A stretch of 64,000 bases of DNA from Candidatus Altimarinota bacterium (GTDB taxonomy: Bacteria; Patescibacteriota; Gracilibacteria; 1-14-2-50-48-13), in NCBI GenBank assembly GCA_046314355.1, contig JBKBWQ010000001.1, positions 384,001 to 448,000 of the forward strand, read 5' to 3'. Shown one piece after another: positions 18,947 through 29,713 of this stretch (position 1 is the stretch's first letter; the number at the start of each line of letters is the position of its first letter). Position numbers and translations under genes: made by a program. Under the pieces are notes generated by a model. That model saw only the letters and a program-made list of their open reading frames with translations. It had not been told where the DNA came from and made no database searches.

Positions 18947-19111
18947 TTTATGATAAAGAAGTTATATTCATATAACGTATGTATACTCAAAAAAGTTACA
19001 TATATTTAAATAACTCTTAATACTCCCACATAGAAATCACACTTTCCCTTGCAAGAAGATCAAATGTGAGTAACATGAACAATGTTTCCAATCGCGTTTG
19101 ACGCGAAATGT

Positions 19112-19187
19112 CGCGGGGTAGAGCAGTTGGCAGCTCGTCGGGCTCATAACCCGGAGGTCATTGGTTCGAGTCCAATCCCCGCAACCA
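19112..19187 (+). tRNA. Initiator tRNA-fMet (CAT)
   Basis: CGCGGGGTAGAGCAGTTGGCAGCTCGTCGGGCTCATAACCCGGAGGTCATTGGTTCGAGTCCAATCCCCGCAACCA; C1:A72 mismatch and GGG/CCC anticodon stem. Confidence 0.95.
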
Positions 19188-19235
19188 TTCTTCGCTTCTC
19201 ACGAAGCTACGAATGGCACAGCCAGAATGGAATGA

Positions 19236-19259
19236 ATCTTCGCAGGCGAAGATTTTTTT
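19236..19259 (+). terminator. tRNA-fMet terminator
   Basis: aatcttcgc-ag-gcgaagatt followed by a T tract. Confidence 0.65.
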
Positions 19260-19472
19260 AATATACAGCGAAGAATGTCCCTCATAGCCTACACCTAACT
19301 ATAAGTTTCTGGTTCTTTGTGGCGTAGAGGGACGCCAAAGCATAAAGCATTGAAGTATTTTGGTACGCCTCTAAGTTTATTGTAATTCTTTTTTATAATA
19401 GAATACAAAAATTTACCCCTCACTACTAACTACTCCCACTATCACTCACACTCCGAGCCCTCGAGCCTCCTA

Positions 19473-19603
19473 CAAAAACCGGCACCACTCCTTAGAGTGA
19501 TGCCGGTTTTGCGAGTACTCCAGGTCCTTCCTTACCTGAAATACTTATATTCCAATTACCCCAAACTTCTAGAGATAAATATCCTGAGATATTTGTCTCT
19601 CAC
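19473..19603 (-). ncRNA. Candidate ECF-sigma-dependent small RNA (~130 nt)
   Basis: Lies downstream of a second copy of the sigma-operon promoter motif; three hairpins, the last a terminator; no ATG-initiated ORF. Confidence 0.5.
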
Positions 19604-19608
19604 TTACT

Positions 19609-19640
19609 TACACAACTAAGACGTAAAAAAGTTTCACTTT
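19609..19640 (-). promoter_or_regulatory. ECF-type promoter, copy 2
   Basis: AAAGTGAAAC-ttttttacgtcttagt(16)-TGTGTA, overlapping the TGA stop of 19634-20122. Confidence 0.65.
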
Positions 19641-20122
19641 TTTCTAATCATTATTATCATTGCGTTCACATCACTAGGATTGCCGGGGATATCCCTTCCT
19701 AATACAGAGACATGCATACCTGAAGTAATGTTTGCGAGGGAGAGTTCACGCCCTCCGTCTCTTACTTTTGTCTCAGGTACGAAGAGGACTCTCTTCACAA
19801 CCCTTCTTCCATCCTGAAGGAGTAGGGAACCACTATTCACAGTCTGTACTATTCCGTTCATGGCAAACTTATGGTCTGGTTCTTTTCCAAATAACCCTAC
19901 TGGTCCTTTTGGAAAATCCTCTCTCTGCTTCATACCTGATCCTGTAGGGGGATGATCCTGATTAGGAATTGGAGGAAAATTTTTATTGATGAAAAATGCT
20001 GCGTTTCTTTGAGACTGATGATATCCGACTACATATCCCACAGAAAAAATACCTGCAGTAATAGTACATGCAACTACAGTGATAGCGAAAGCGATAAGTA
20101 TCCGGTGTGAATTAGGATGCAT
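19634..20122 (-). CDS. Membrane-anchored hypothetical protein (DUF5666-like OB domain), third gene of the ECF operon
   Basis: N-terminal TM; GIVQTVN..TKVRDG..LANITSGMHVSVLG..VNAMII. Confidence 0.7.
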   Translation of the reverse strand: MHPNSHRILIAFAITVVACTITAGIFSVGYVVGYHQSQRNAAFFINKNFPPIPNQDHPPTGSGMKQREDFPKGPVGLFGKEPDHKFAMNGIVQTVNSGSLLLQDGRRVVKRVLFVPETKVRDGGRELSLANITSGMHVSVLGRDIPGNPSDVNAMIIMIRKK

Positions 20123-20516
20123 AAGGTGTCAGCAAATGTTTATAGATCAAATGTATACTCCTGCGCGAGAGAAACACAAGCACAATTGTTAAAACTACGA
20201 GAAGAGCAATCTCTACTACAGGTATGGCTTCCATCACTGTAGTCTGCCACTCGGCAGTGGTCAAGACATCAGGATTACTTACACCGAGATCCACATATTC
20301 ATACAAGTCCATGGCAAGTATCTCTGATGTAGCGCCCACAAGCACATAGAAGAAAATACCCAAGGTGGTCACTATGCTCAGACAGGTAAAAAGAATTTGC
20401 TTCTGAAAACGCCGTTCTGCGCGGAAGAAGATCTCCTTCATTACCTTTCCTACAAAATCGGAAGAGCCTTGTTTTTTGTACTCCATTGTTTCAATGAGCT
20501 GTTCGAGATGTGTCAT
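20112..20516 (-). CDS. Putative membrane anti-sigma factor
   Basis: Directly after the ECF sigma; SDFVGKVM motif and two TM helices. Confidence 0.7.
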   Translation of the reverse strand: MTHLEQLIETMEYKKQGSSDFVGKVMKEIFFRAERRFQKQILFTCLSIVTTLGIFFYVLVGATSEILAMDLYEYVDLGVSNPDVLTTAEWQTTVMEAIPVVEIALLVVLTIVLVFLSRRSIHLIYKHLLTPYAS

Positions 20517-20522
20517 AGTGTC

Positions 20523-21089
20523 TTAGATAAGTGTACGTAATTTCTTTTCGAGATGCGCTTTTGCACGGTTGATATGAGTCTTTACAGTGCTCAGCGGTAC
20601 CGATAGGAGCTTGGAGATTTCATCATACTGGAGCTGCTCCATGTACCTCAGGGAGAGGATTCTTTGGAATTTTTCCGGCAGACTTTCCATGGAGGTTTTT
20701 ACAAGATTTTTCTGCTCTTCCAGGGCAAGCTGTTCAAACGGATCAGGTTCGCTGCTTCGTATTGTGTCTTCAAAGGGTATACTCTGTTCGTTTTCTTCGG
20801 AATCCATGTCGCTAAAAGATATGGATTTTTTCTTCTTTAGAAAGTTTTTGCAGAGATTGATACAGATCTGAAACAGCCATGGCTTAAAGGGTAGATCTGT
20901 ACGGGAAGAGGGAAGTGCTTCATAGGCTTTTATAAAAGCTGTCTGAGCGATATCCTCCGCATCCTGCACGTTTTTGCAATACGTCCATGCTAAGTGAATA
21001 AGAGCATGCTGGTATTTACTAACGAGATCGGGAAATGCACTCGTATCTCCTTTTAAATGGTTGGTGACCAATTCGGTGTCCGGAAGCAT
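20523..21089 (-). CDS. ECF RNA polymerase sigma factor (SigW/RpoE-like)
   Basis: GD.SAF..LV.KYQ, DAEDIAQTAFIKAY, FKPWLFQICIN, LP...RYMEQL.YDEIS..L.VPLSTVKTHINRAK. Confidence 0.93.
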   Translation of the reverse strand: MLPDTELVTNHLKGDTSAFPDLVSKYQHALIHLAWTYCKNVQDAEDIAQTAFIKAYEALPSSRTDLPFKPWLFQICINLCKNFLKKKKSISFSDMDSEENEQSIPFEDTIRSSEPDPFEQLALEEQKNLVKTSMESLPEKFQRILSLRYMEQLQYDEISKLLSVPLSTVKTHINRAKAHLEKKLRTLI

Positions 21090-21128
21090 AGGAACCTTAA
21101 GTGCAAATAAATGTTTGTGTACATACTC

Positions 21129-21160
21129 TACACAGGTTATGAGAGAGAATGTTTCACTTT
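21129..21160 (-). promoter_or_regulatory. ECF-type (probably autoregulatory) promoter, copy 1
   Basis: AAAGTGAAAC-attctctctcataacc(16)-TGTGTA, about 40 nt upstream of the sigma ATG. Confidence 0.7.
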
Positions 21161-21210
21161 TCTTATGCTTAGTATAGTTTCTTTGCAGAAAAAGTGAAGG
21201 AATTGGATGG

Positions 21211-22531
<1,321 letters not shown>

Positions 22532-22606
22532 AGTGGGATAAAAAGAAAAATAAACTTACGGTTTATTGTAGAGAGAATTCGAACATTGTCAAAAGATGGG
22601 AGAATT

Positions 22607-22701
22607 AGGGCTCGTTGATTGGGCGCACAGTATTGGGCAACAATAATTGAGCTCAATTACTAATTATGTGAGCCCAGTTATTGAGCCAAATTATCGAGCC
22701 T
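22607..22701. repeat. Palindrome-rich repeat, right copy; inverted partner of 21211-21300
   Basis: See left copy; core palindrome taattgagctcaatta. Confidence 0.75.
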
Positions 22702-22707
22702 AAATCA

Positions 22708-23655
22708 CTAAGTACTCAACATTCCATTAAGCACCTCAATCGAAACCTTTCCATCTTCCAATGCTGCTCTGCATTCTGCAAACATACGGTGAGTAAGATA
22801 CTGTTTAAGCCCCTCATGGGAGACTTTATCTATGGTTCTATTAATATGATAAAGTCTTAGAAAGGTATCTTTATGAAGATTTAATTCTTCAAATTTCTTG
22901 TCATTAACTTCTAAAACATGCTGATTACTTACTTTTTTCCCTACGAATTTCAGCTTTTCGATAAACTTCATTTTCATACCTTTAAACATTCTTACTCTAG
23001 CAGCACAGTATGAATCATAGGTTTTTTCCTGTTCGTCACCTTGAAAGTATGGAGCTTCCATAAGGTATCTATTCATTTCATCTTCCCATTTGAGTATATT
23101 ACCTAAAACATTTGGCTTCACATTTTTTCCATCTTCCCATTTTCCTATCCAATAAGCATTATCTTTTTCAAAAATTTTATTAATAGACAGCGTGCTTTGC
23201 TTCATATCGGCAGTATATTTTTCTTTTGTCGCAATCTCCGCATAATCTGCAGGTGAATCTAAATAAGTATGAGATAAAGAAGAGTAGGTATTAAATAATC
23301 CTCGCTGCATATTTTCAAAAGCAAGAATACGTTCATCCACACTTTTCTCTTTAAGAGAGTCCTCAAGTATCCCGCTGTTGATACGGTCAAATAGTGCATC
23401 TCTCATATAAGAGATAAGGCTGAAGACATCTTTGATACCATCAAGAATTTTTTCTAGATCCTCATAAGTTTCTGCGGTCATGAGGAGATCTTTTTCTTGC
23501 TCAACTTTTTGCAGCTTTGGAATAATCAGTGTATTTGCCTTACCTAAATCTTCTATGGATTTTCTTATGCATGCAATCTCTCCTTCAAAATCTACGGGCA
23601 GCAGCAGATCATATGACTTTTCATCCTTAACTTTATGGGACGATAGTGTGTTCAT
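22708..23655 (-). CDS. Hypothetical helical protein
   Basis: 315-aa ORF, no recognised motif. Confidence 0.7.
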   Translation of the reverse strand: MNTLSSHKVKDEKSYDLLLPVDFEGEIACIRKSIEDLGKANTLIIPKLQKVEQEKDLLMTAETYEDLEKILDGIKDVFSLISYMRDALFDRINSGILEDSLKEKSVDERILAFENMQRGLFNTYSSLSHTYLDSPADYAEIATKEKYTADMKQSTLSINKIFEKDNAYWIGKWEDGKNVKPNVLGNILKWEDEMNRYLMEAPYFQGDEQEKTYDSYCAARVRMFKGMKMKFIEKLKFVGKKVSNQHVLEVNDKKFEELNLHKDTFLRLYHINRTIDKVSHEGLKQYLTHRMFAECRAALEDGKVSIEVLNGMLST

Positions 23656-23802
23656 GTCTCACTTTAAAAATATAGTATTTGCAATGTACAACTTTTCCGA
23701 GAGAAAGCAATATGCATCTTTAATTCCTATCAGTCAAATAGTAGCTCTTTTAAATAAACGTATGCGCATTATAATCAAGATCACTGTTTTTAATCTATCG
23801 CT

Positions 23803-25005
23803 ATGCCGCAGAATTTTTCCATTTCTCTTGCTGATATTCCTCAGGATATCGCAGGCATCATACCTCTTGATCTTATAAAACTCTGGCAGGAGGGAGAAAA
23901 AACCATAGAGGCTCATCAGGAGCTGCTTGCTCCATATATGGTGGAAGGCACTGTAGTGTGTTCTGATTCAGCAGGTTTAAGTAAACTTAGTCAAAGAGTC
24001 ACGGCTATGGAAGCAATGAAACTTGTAAGTGAACCAAAGGAGATCATATATGCTTACGGCTCTCAAATTGGAAGAAAACCACTAGGTATCTGGGCTGCTG
24101 ATAACACGCAAATGTTTTACGGACAGGATATCATGATCGACGATATCCTAGATCAAATGATCGCTGCTCAAAAAGAAATAGCTGATCTGACAGTCCAGGT
24201 AGGAATGGGTATTCATACAGGAAATTTTATTAAAATAGGAGATTCACTATTTGGTAATGATGCGATATTTATAGAAGAATTTGCGGAGAACTATACTGCA
24301 GGGAAAGAAATAGCAGTGACCGAAGCAGTTTTTTTAAAACTATCAGATGAAAAGAGAAAATTACTCCAACGAAGAAAAGATGGAATGCATGCAAAGACCT
24401 TCACAATAGAATATAAGGATCTCATTTCTAATGCAGAAAAATCCTCTGATACTAAGTATCCGATTCCATTCAGTCCTGATTTTTATGAATATTTGCAGTC
24501 ATATGCCTCTGAAGAACTAGAGACACATGCAGGTGAAATGTCACAGTATAAAAAACAGAAAGTAGTCATTCTTTCTAAGGTAATTCATAAAGAACATTTT
24601 TTTCTCCTAGATACCTTTACAGACTGGACATTCTGCAATGCTGCAATGATACAGGAAGCTAAAAATCATAATATAGAGATCATCAAATCAAATGGTGATC
24701 TAGGAATCTTTGTCTGTGAAGAGGGTAGTCAGGCAGTGGATTTTGCAAAGAGTCTCTGCCAGACACTTTCGGAAAGTGACTTTGAGATAAACTGCGGTAT
24801 ATCGCAGGGAGAAGTACTGATCTTTCCTCTAGAGAAGGGCGGCGTAGACATTGCCGGCGGACCTGTAAATATAGCTTCAAAGATAGCAGAAGATAGTGGA
24901 AAAAGTGGAGTAATGCTCCATGAATGCGTCTCATGTCTTCATAATTCTATAGAGGATTTTTGTGTTACAATCTCAGGTATAGAAATAAAAGGGAAGGTAT
25001 ATTAG
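23803..25005 (+). CDS. Class III nucleotide cyclase with two tandem cyclase-like domains
   Basis: VCSDSAGLS, MGIHTG..LFG in domain 1; KSNGD, CGISQGEVL, GGPVNIASK in domain 2. Confidence 0.75.
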   Translation: MPQNFSISLADIPQDIAGIIPLDLIKLWQEGEKTIEAHQELLAPYMVEGTVVCSDSAGLSKLSQRVTAMEAMKLVSEPKEIIYAYGSQIGRKPLGIWAADNTQMFYGQDIMIDDILDQMIAAQKEIADLTVQVGMGIHTGNFIKIGDSLFGNDAIFIEEFAENYTAGKEIAVTEAVFLKLSDEKRKLLQRRKDGMHAKTFTIEYKDLISNAEKSSDTKYPIPFSPDFYEYLQSYASEELETHAGEMSQYKKQKVVILSKVIHKEHFFLLDTFTDWTFCNAAMIQEAKNHNIEIIKSNGDLGIFVCEEGSQAVDFAKSLCQTLSESDFEINCGISQGEVLIFPLEKGGVDIAGGPVNIASKIAEDSGKSGVMLHECVSCLHNSIEDFCVTISGIEIKGKVY

Positions 25006-25075
25006 CAGTACCAAAAGGCTATTTTCTTAAGGTGAATAATGTTACAATAGTATATCTAATTTTTGATATATCTCT

Positions 25076-25333
25076 ATGGCTTCATGCTCACACCTAGATC
25101 AAATAAAAGAAATCACTCCAAGCGGAGAAGGATGTAGGGAATGTCTCGAAACAGGCGATAGTTGGGTACATTTAAGAGTTTGTCTTTCATGCGGACACAT
25201 AGGATGCTGTGATTCTTCTAAAAATACTCACGCACGAAAACATTTTGAAGAAACAGATCATCCTATTATTCAGTCCTTTGAACCCGGTGAGAACTGGAAA
25301 TGGTGTTATAAAGATGATACATACATCGAATAA
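25076..25333 (+). CDS. UBP-type zinc finger protein
   Basis: CSHL..GCRECL..WVHLRVCLSCGHIGCCDSS..HARKH..HP..EPGE.W.WCY.D. Confidence 0.92.
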   Translation: MASCSHLDQIKEITPSGEGCRECLETGDSWVHLRVCLSCGHIGCCDSSKNTHARKHFEETDHPIIQSFEPGENWKWCYKDDTYIE

Positions 25334-25346
25334 GAAATTCGACAAT

Positions 25347-25829
25347 TTATATACTCTTACCTGCCATCCCTTCTTTGATAATCTTGAAACAGATTACAAA
25401 TATTAATGGTAGATGTATAAACAATATGAGAAGCATAATCTCGAGAAACAACAAATAGTCGTTGATATCTTTATGTAGAATATTCAAAACATATAGTGTG
25501 GTGAAAAGCACCACCACTGTTGCAATAAAAGAAATCAGTGCAGGAAGAATAAGAAACTTCCAGTACTTAATCTTAATGTTCTTTTTACGCATTACTCTTG
25601 TAAGATGGATCAGATACAAGGAACTGGATAGTACTGCAAGAGGAAGACCGATAACAGTGGGAAGCGGAGTATAATCATGAATGTACACAAGATAGAGCTG
25701 CAGCATCTCCACTAAAAAGAAACATCCAATATGGACGAGGTAGAAGGAAAGATAGTAATGCGATTTAGAAGAATTATCCATGAAAATAGTAATTAATACT
25801 GCGTAAGTATATTGAAATTTCTCATACAT
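25347..25829 (-). CDS. Hypothetical membrane protein
   Basis: About four hydrophobic helices; start uncertain. Confidence 0.6.
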   Translation of the reverse strand: MYEKFQYTYAVLITIFMDNSSKSHYYLSFYLVHIGCFFLVEMLQLYLVYIHDYTPLPTVIGLPLAVLSSSLYLIHLTRVMRKKNIKIKYWKFLILPALISFIATVVVLFTTLYVLNILHKDINDYLLFLEIMLLILFIHLPLIFVICFKIIKEGMAGKSI

Positions 25830-25846
25830 GCCAGTGCTGTATGTGA

Positions 25847-26461
25847 TTATATCTCTTTTCTAAAGGATTTCTTATACTTTATCTTCGCTTTCTCCTCTTC
25901 ACTGAGTTTTCTCATATAATTCGGTAAGGCTCTGCAATACGACGCAGAAAGACCTATCTCCTTCATAAGATCAGTGGAGTAGATATCTCCCTGATACGTA
26001 GAAAGAAACCAGCGTATGCGTTCTGGAATATCATATGGAATTGGTTCAAACTCCGCACCTCCGATTTGTACTTCATCACCAATTTGAATACTACCTTCAT
26101 TGAGCAATGTACCCAGTACTCCGCGCCGATGCATGATACTTCCGATATTCACCTTATCTTTTATGACGTAACACGGCTCACAGTGAATAGTGAGTCTGAC
26201 TTTTACATCACCAATTTGTAGCACTGTTCCTGAAGGCAAAGAATGAATATCATATCCTTCAATAATTATATTTTCCTTCAGATCACCCGGCTGAAGAGAG
26301 AAGTCATGGATAGTCTCAGAAGGCAGGATCAAGATCTGCCGCAATGTAGAGCATTCGACATTACCAACAATTTGACCATCATCTTTTACATGCAAGGTGT
26401 CAGCATGCATCATTGGCTTGCCGTGAGTTGGTTTTAAAAACAGATGCATGACTTGAATCAT
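25847..26461 (-). CDS. MOSC-domain protein
   Basis: RQILI, PGDLKENI, LPSGTVLQIG, CEPC, RRGVL..GSIQIGD. Confidence 0.88.
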   Translation of the reverse strand: MIQVMHLFLKPTHGKPMMHADTLHVKDDGQIVGNVECSTLRQILILPSETIHDFSLQPGDLKENIIIEGYDIHSLPSGTVLQIGDVKVRLTIHCEPCYVIKDKVNIGSIMHRRGVLGTLLNEGSIQIGDEVQIGGAEFEPIPYDIPERIRWFLSTYQGDIYSTDLMKEIGLSASYCRALPNYMRKLSEEEKAKIKYKKSFRKEI

Positions 26462-26590
26462 AGTTGTATGGTTACTTTATCTAGTGTGGAAGAAAGTGAC
26501 GACATATCATAGAGAATTATTTCCTAGTTATTGACTAATATCAAATAAAAAGTATTTTAACTTTATCAAAATACAAAAAAGGAGGTAGCG

Positions 26591-27214
26591 ATGCTACAAG
26601 AGACAAAACCAGAAACATTTATTCCAATCGAAAGAGTGGAAAATATCGTAGGAGTTCCACTGGAGTGGAAAACATTTAAAACAGATGTTCTTAGGAACAC
26701 TGAACACGAGGAATATAATGTCGCCTTAATGAGGGCGGTGAGTCATTATATTGCACTCGGTATATACTTTCCTCCAAGTGCGTATGGGATCTATTTCGGT
26801 CCTGAGTATGAAGAAATGCTGACTGGTTTTATAAGTCTAGCTGAAAAAACTAATCAGGTAAAGTACCCGAAAGTCCCTTCAGATCAGATATGTTTTGAAG
26901 CACATGCGAATGGAGGGTACCGCATAAGACTCTATCTTGCAGAGACTTGTGAGAACAAAGAAATCTTTCTCACTGACATTTTCCTGGGAACAGCAGAAGG
27001 AAAGGAAAGTCTTGGGAATGGGATCTTTGACACTATACTCAACAACATTGAAGCCTATGCGAAAGAAAATGGGTATACTCAGATAGGTCTCTTGGCTGCA
27101 TATGAGAGAAATATGCATTCATTTTCTAAAAGAGGGTATAGAGTCGACAATACTCCGATGGGTGAAGCTGCAAAAAAAACCAAACAAGGGTATCCGATGA
27201 CAAAGATACTTTAA
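26591..27214 (+). CDS. Hypothetical protein with C-terminal GNAT-like fold
   Basis: GGAGGT SD; LGNGIFDTIL..YAKENGY..FSKRGY. Confidence 0.65.
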   Translation: MLQETKPETFIPIERVENIVGVPLEWKTFKTDVLRNTEHEEYNVALMRAVSHYIALGIYFPPSAYGIYFGPEYEEMLTGFISLAEKTNQVKYPKVPSDQICFEAHANGGYRIRLYLAETCENKEIFLTDIFLGTAEGKESLGNGIFDTILNNIEAYAKENGYTQIGLLAAYERNMHSFSKRGYRVDNTPMGEAAKKTKQGYPMTKIL

Positions 27215-27223
27215 CAAAATCCT

Positions 27224-27255
27224 ATAAGCGGTACTTCTATAGTACCGCTTATTTT
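27224..27255. terminator. Terminator between convergent genes
   Basis: ataagcggtact-tctat-agtaccgcttat followed by tttt. Confidence 0.75.
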
Positions 27256-27267
27256 TGCACAGCGTTT

Positions 27268-27963
27268 CTACTTCATTTGAAAACTCTTCACAACACGGTC
27301 ATCTTCCGCAGAACTCACACTTGAAGACATCATATATATTTTCTGCTTCTTTTCATCAAGGATAAATATATAACTTGCTTCCCAAAGAGTGCCGTCTGCC
27401 TGCAGTGAAAGGGCAGTAGCTTTCTTTGCTTTTAAACCTGCAATCTCTACCTCTTCGACACTCCGTCTCGTATTCTCAAACTGACTTCCGATAGATCTGA
27501 TGAGCTCTTCTATTGTGATACTATTAGCATTATAGCAGGATACAGAAAATCTTATTTCCATCCCAGCTGGTACATTTACAGTACATCCGTCCGCAGACTG
27601 CTCCATCTTGATATCACCCTTATCACTCTGAGGAAAATACAATGAGTAATAATCATTCTCAAAGGACTGCCAAAGCCGAGAACCAAGATTATTCTCATAT
27701 CTATTATTCTGATAAAATTTCAAAAGAACATTTGCAAGCTCCGCACGGTTGACATAGTCACCTGCACGGAAAGTCCCGTCTTTAAACCCAGACATGAGAG
27801 AATGCAGAGTAGCAAAGACAATACCGTCATTGTACCAAGGTGCTTCGTCATTCTCCATACGCTCAGCTTGGAGATTGAGATCTTTGTACGGCTGCTCAAA
27901 ATTAGCCGCCTGGGCAGTGAAGGGAACTAAGAGTAAAAGCGTGAGTAGTAGAAGTTTCTTCAT
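27268..27963 (-). CDS. Secreted single-SLH protein with PsbP-like C-terminal domain
   Basis: Signal peptide; GFKDGTFRAGDYVNRAELA; YSLYFP..EIAGLKA..VVKSFQ. Confidence 0.78.
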   Translation of the reverse strand: MKKLLLLTLLLLVPFTAQAANFEQPYKDLNLQAERMENDEAPWYNDGIVFATLHSLMSGFKDGTFRAGDYVNRAELANVLLKFYQNNRYENNLGSRLWQSFENDYYSLYFPQSDKGDIKMEQSADGCTVNVPAGMEIRFSVSCYNANSITIEELIRSIGSQFENTRRSVEEVEIAGLKAKKATALSLQADGTLWEASYIFILDEKKQKIYMMSSSVSSAEDDRVVKSFQMK

Positions 27964-28098
27964 ATCTTTACAAATATTTTCGATGTTATAAATAGCTAGA
28001 TTATTTATAGCTCAAGTATGGGTATGTTTTCAAGCTAAGCTTTATTTTTCGGAGGCAAGATCAAGAAACGAGATATGAGACGTAATTCTATAGCCTGT

Positions 28099-28629
28099 TT
28101 AAACATTTGAGTCAAATAACATCTCCTCCACAGGAATAGAAAAAAGATGCTCCTCATTATACTCAATTGGCAGATTCTCCAGTTTTCCTGAAAATACAAA
28201 TCCATGCTTAAGGTAAAATCTTTTTGCACTTTCATTATAGGTTGCTACGTCCAAAGCAATCACTTTGCCTTTATAAAGTTCCTTCACTTTCTCAAGTAAA
28301 CCACTTCCAATACCCATACTTATAAATTCTGGGAGTAAATAAATCGCTCCGACTCTATATCTTCCAAACTGATCTTGTCTAGGTGCAACATATCCAATTA
28401 CTTCATGTTGCTTTTCAGCAACCCATACACCTCTCGTCTTTCCATCAGCAGAAGCAATTATCTTTTCCCACTGCAGTTGACGTTTGAGCATATCTGAAAA
28501 GAATATTTCCAATTTTTCCACCGTAATTCCTAAAGCATCATTTCTATATGTATTACTCCAACTTGTTTTTTGGATAGCTGAGATAGCAGGGGCATCTTCA
28601 GTGACCGCTTTTCGGATGTAGTAGTCCAT
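28099..28629 (-). CDS. GNAT acetyltransferase
   Basis: IRKA..DA.AI, IYLLPE..MGIGSGLL, N.SAKRFYLKHGF. Confidence 0.9.
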   Translation of the reverse strand: MDYYIRKAVTEDAPAISAIQKTSWSNTYRNDALGITVEKLEIFFSDMLKRQLQWEKIIASADGKTRGVWVAEKQHEVIGYVAPRQDQFGRYRVGAIYLLPEFISMGIGSGLLEKVKELYKGKVIALDVATYNESAKRFYLKHGFVFSGKLENLPIEYNEEHLFSIPVEEMLFDSNV

Positions 28630-28689
28630 GGGTTTTAGTGAAAAATAATAGTTATAGATTTAAACTGAGTATAATGTTTTGGAAAATAA

Positions 28690-29460
28690 CTAATTCCAGT
28701 AAAACTCTACAAATCCTGTAGATTCAAGTGCTAACGCATACTGCTGTAGAGCAAGAGTAGATCCATGCTCGGTATCATATGCCATATCCACAGTATCGGG
28801 GGAATACTTATAGATCGTTTGCGCCAGCATTTGGGCTTCACTTTTAGTAAGAGAAGTCAAAAATTGTAAATGCAGTGTATCCGGAGAGAGAAAAAGTATT
28901 CTAAAAGATTTATTCTCATACCATTTTTTATATAAAGCAGAGTATTCCTTTATATATTCCTCAGAACCATCAGGGGAAGGACAGATAACTTGAAGTAAAT
29001 CCAGTGGATACTTTGATTTTAAGAAGAGAAGAGCATAACCAGTTTCATTAGGGTAATGTGAGAGATCACAAACGCTTACTGAATAGTCCTGTAATTCGGG
29101 ATCTTTAGAGTAATACTCTGCGATTTTTTGTAATTCTGATTGTATATCAGGATCTCCGGAAACAGTACGTGCAGTTTTGGAAAAACTAAGCATGATACCT
29201 GGCAGTACTTTATCAGGAGAAAGTGAAAAGAATGGGGAAGTGTGTATTTCTTCCACTTTACCTGAGGTTTTATATTTTACTTTCTTTAATACCTCAGTAG
29301 AGAAACCATTATCCTCAGCAATTTTTAGTTCTTCTTTCTTTAGAAAATGTTTCTGTAGTCTCTGCTTATCTTTATGTGCTCCAATATCTAGTAATGTACT
29401 AATGTATTTTAATACTCCCAGTACAAGGACCAGAATAAGTCCGTTTAAAAGCATGTGCAT
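28690..29460 (-). CDS. Membrane-anchored DUF4253-like protein
   Basis: N-terminal TM; DTLHLQF..A..LA..IY.YSPD.VD..LE....FYWN C-terminus. Confidence 0.65.
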   Translation of the reverse strand: MHMLLNGLILVLVLGVLKYISTLLDIGAHKDKQRLQKHFLKKEELKIAEDNGFSTEVLKKVKYKTSGKVEEIHTSPFFSLSPDKVLPGIMLSFSKTARTVSGDPDIQSELQKIAEYYSKDPELQDYSVSVCDLSHYPNETGYALLFLKSKYPLDLLQVICPSPDGSEEYIKEYSALYKKWYENKSFRILFLSPDTLHLQFLTSLTKSEAQMLAQTIYKYSPDTVDMAYDTEHGSTLALQQYALALESTGFVEFYWN

Positions 29461-29678
29461 AAAGCAACAAAAATGTAATAAATTTTTATTAAAATATACT
29501 ATTTCTTTTATTTTGCAACGTCTATCTATTCAAAGATTTATTTCAATTTCGCTGAGGTTCACATAACTATATTTCAATACCTTAATTAACAAATTCTAAC
29601 TTTTGAGATTTTTCTAGCATAGCTTTCTCTTTCTCGGAAATATAGAAAATACACATATCATCATATTCTGCTTAATTA

Positions 29679-29704
29679 AAAAATGCCGGGTTAATACCCG
29701 GCAT
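29679..29704 (-). terminator. alaS terminator
   Basis: atgccggg-ttaata-cccggcat hairpin with a T tract on the minus strand. Confidence 0.75.
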
Positions 29705-29713
29705 AACTTTCAA

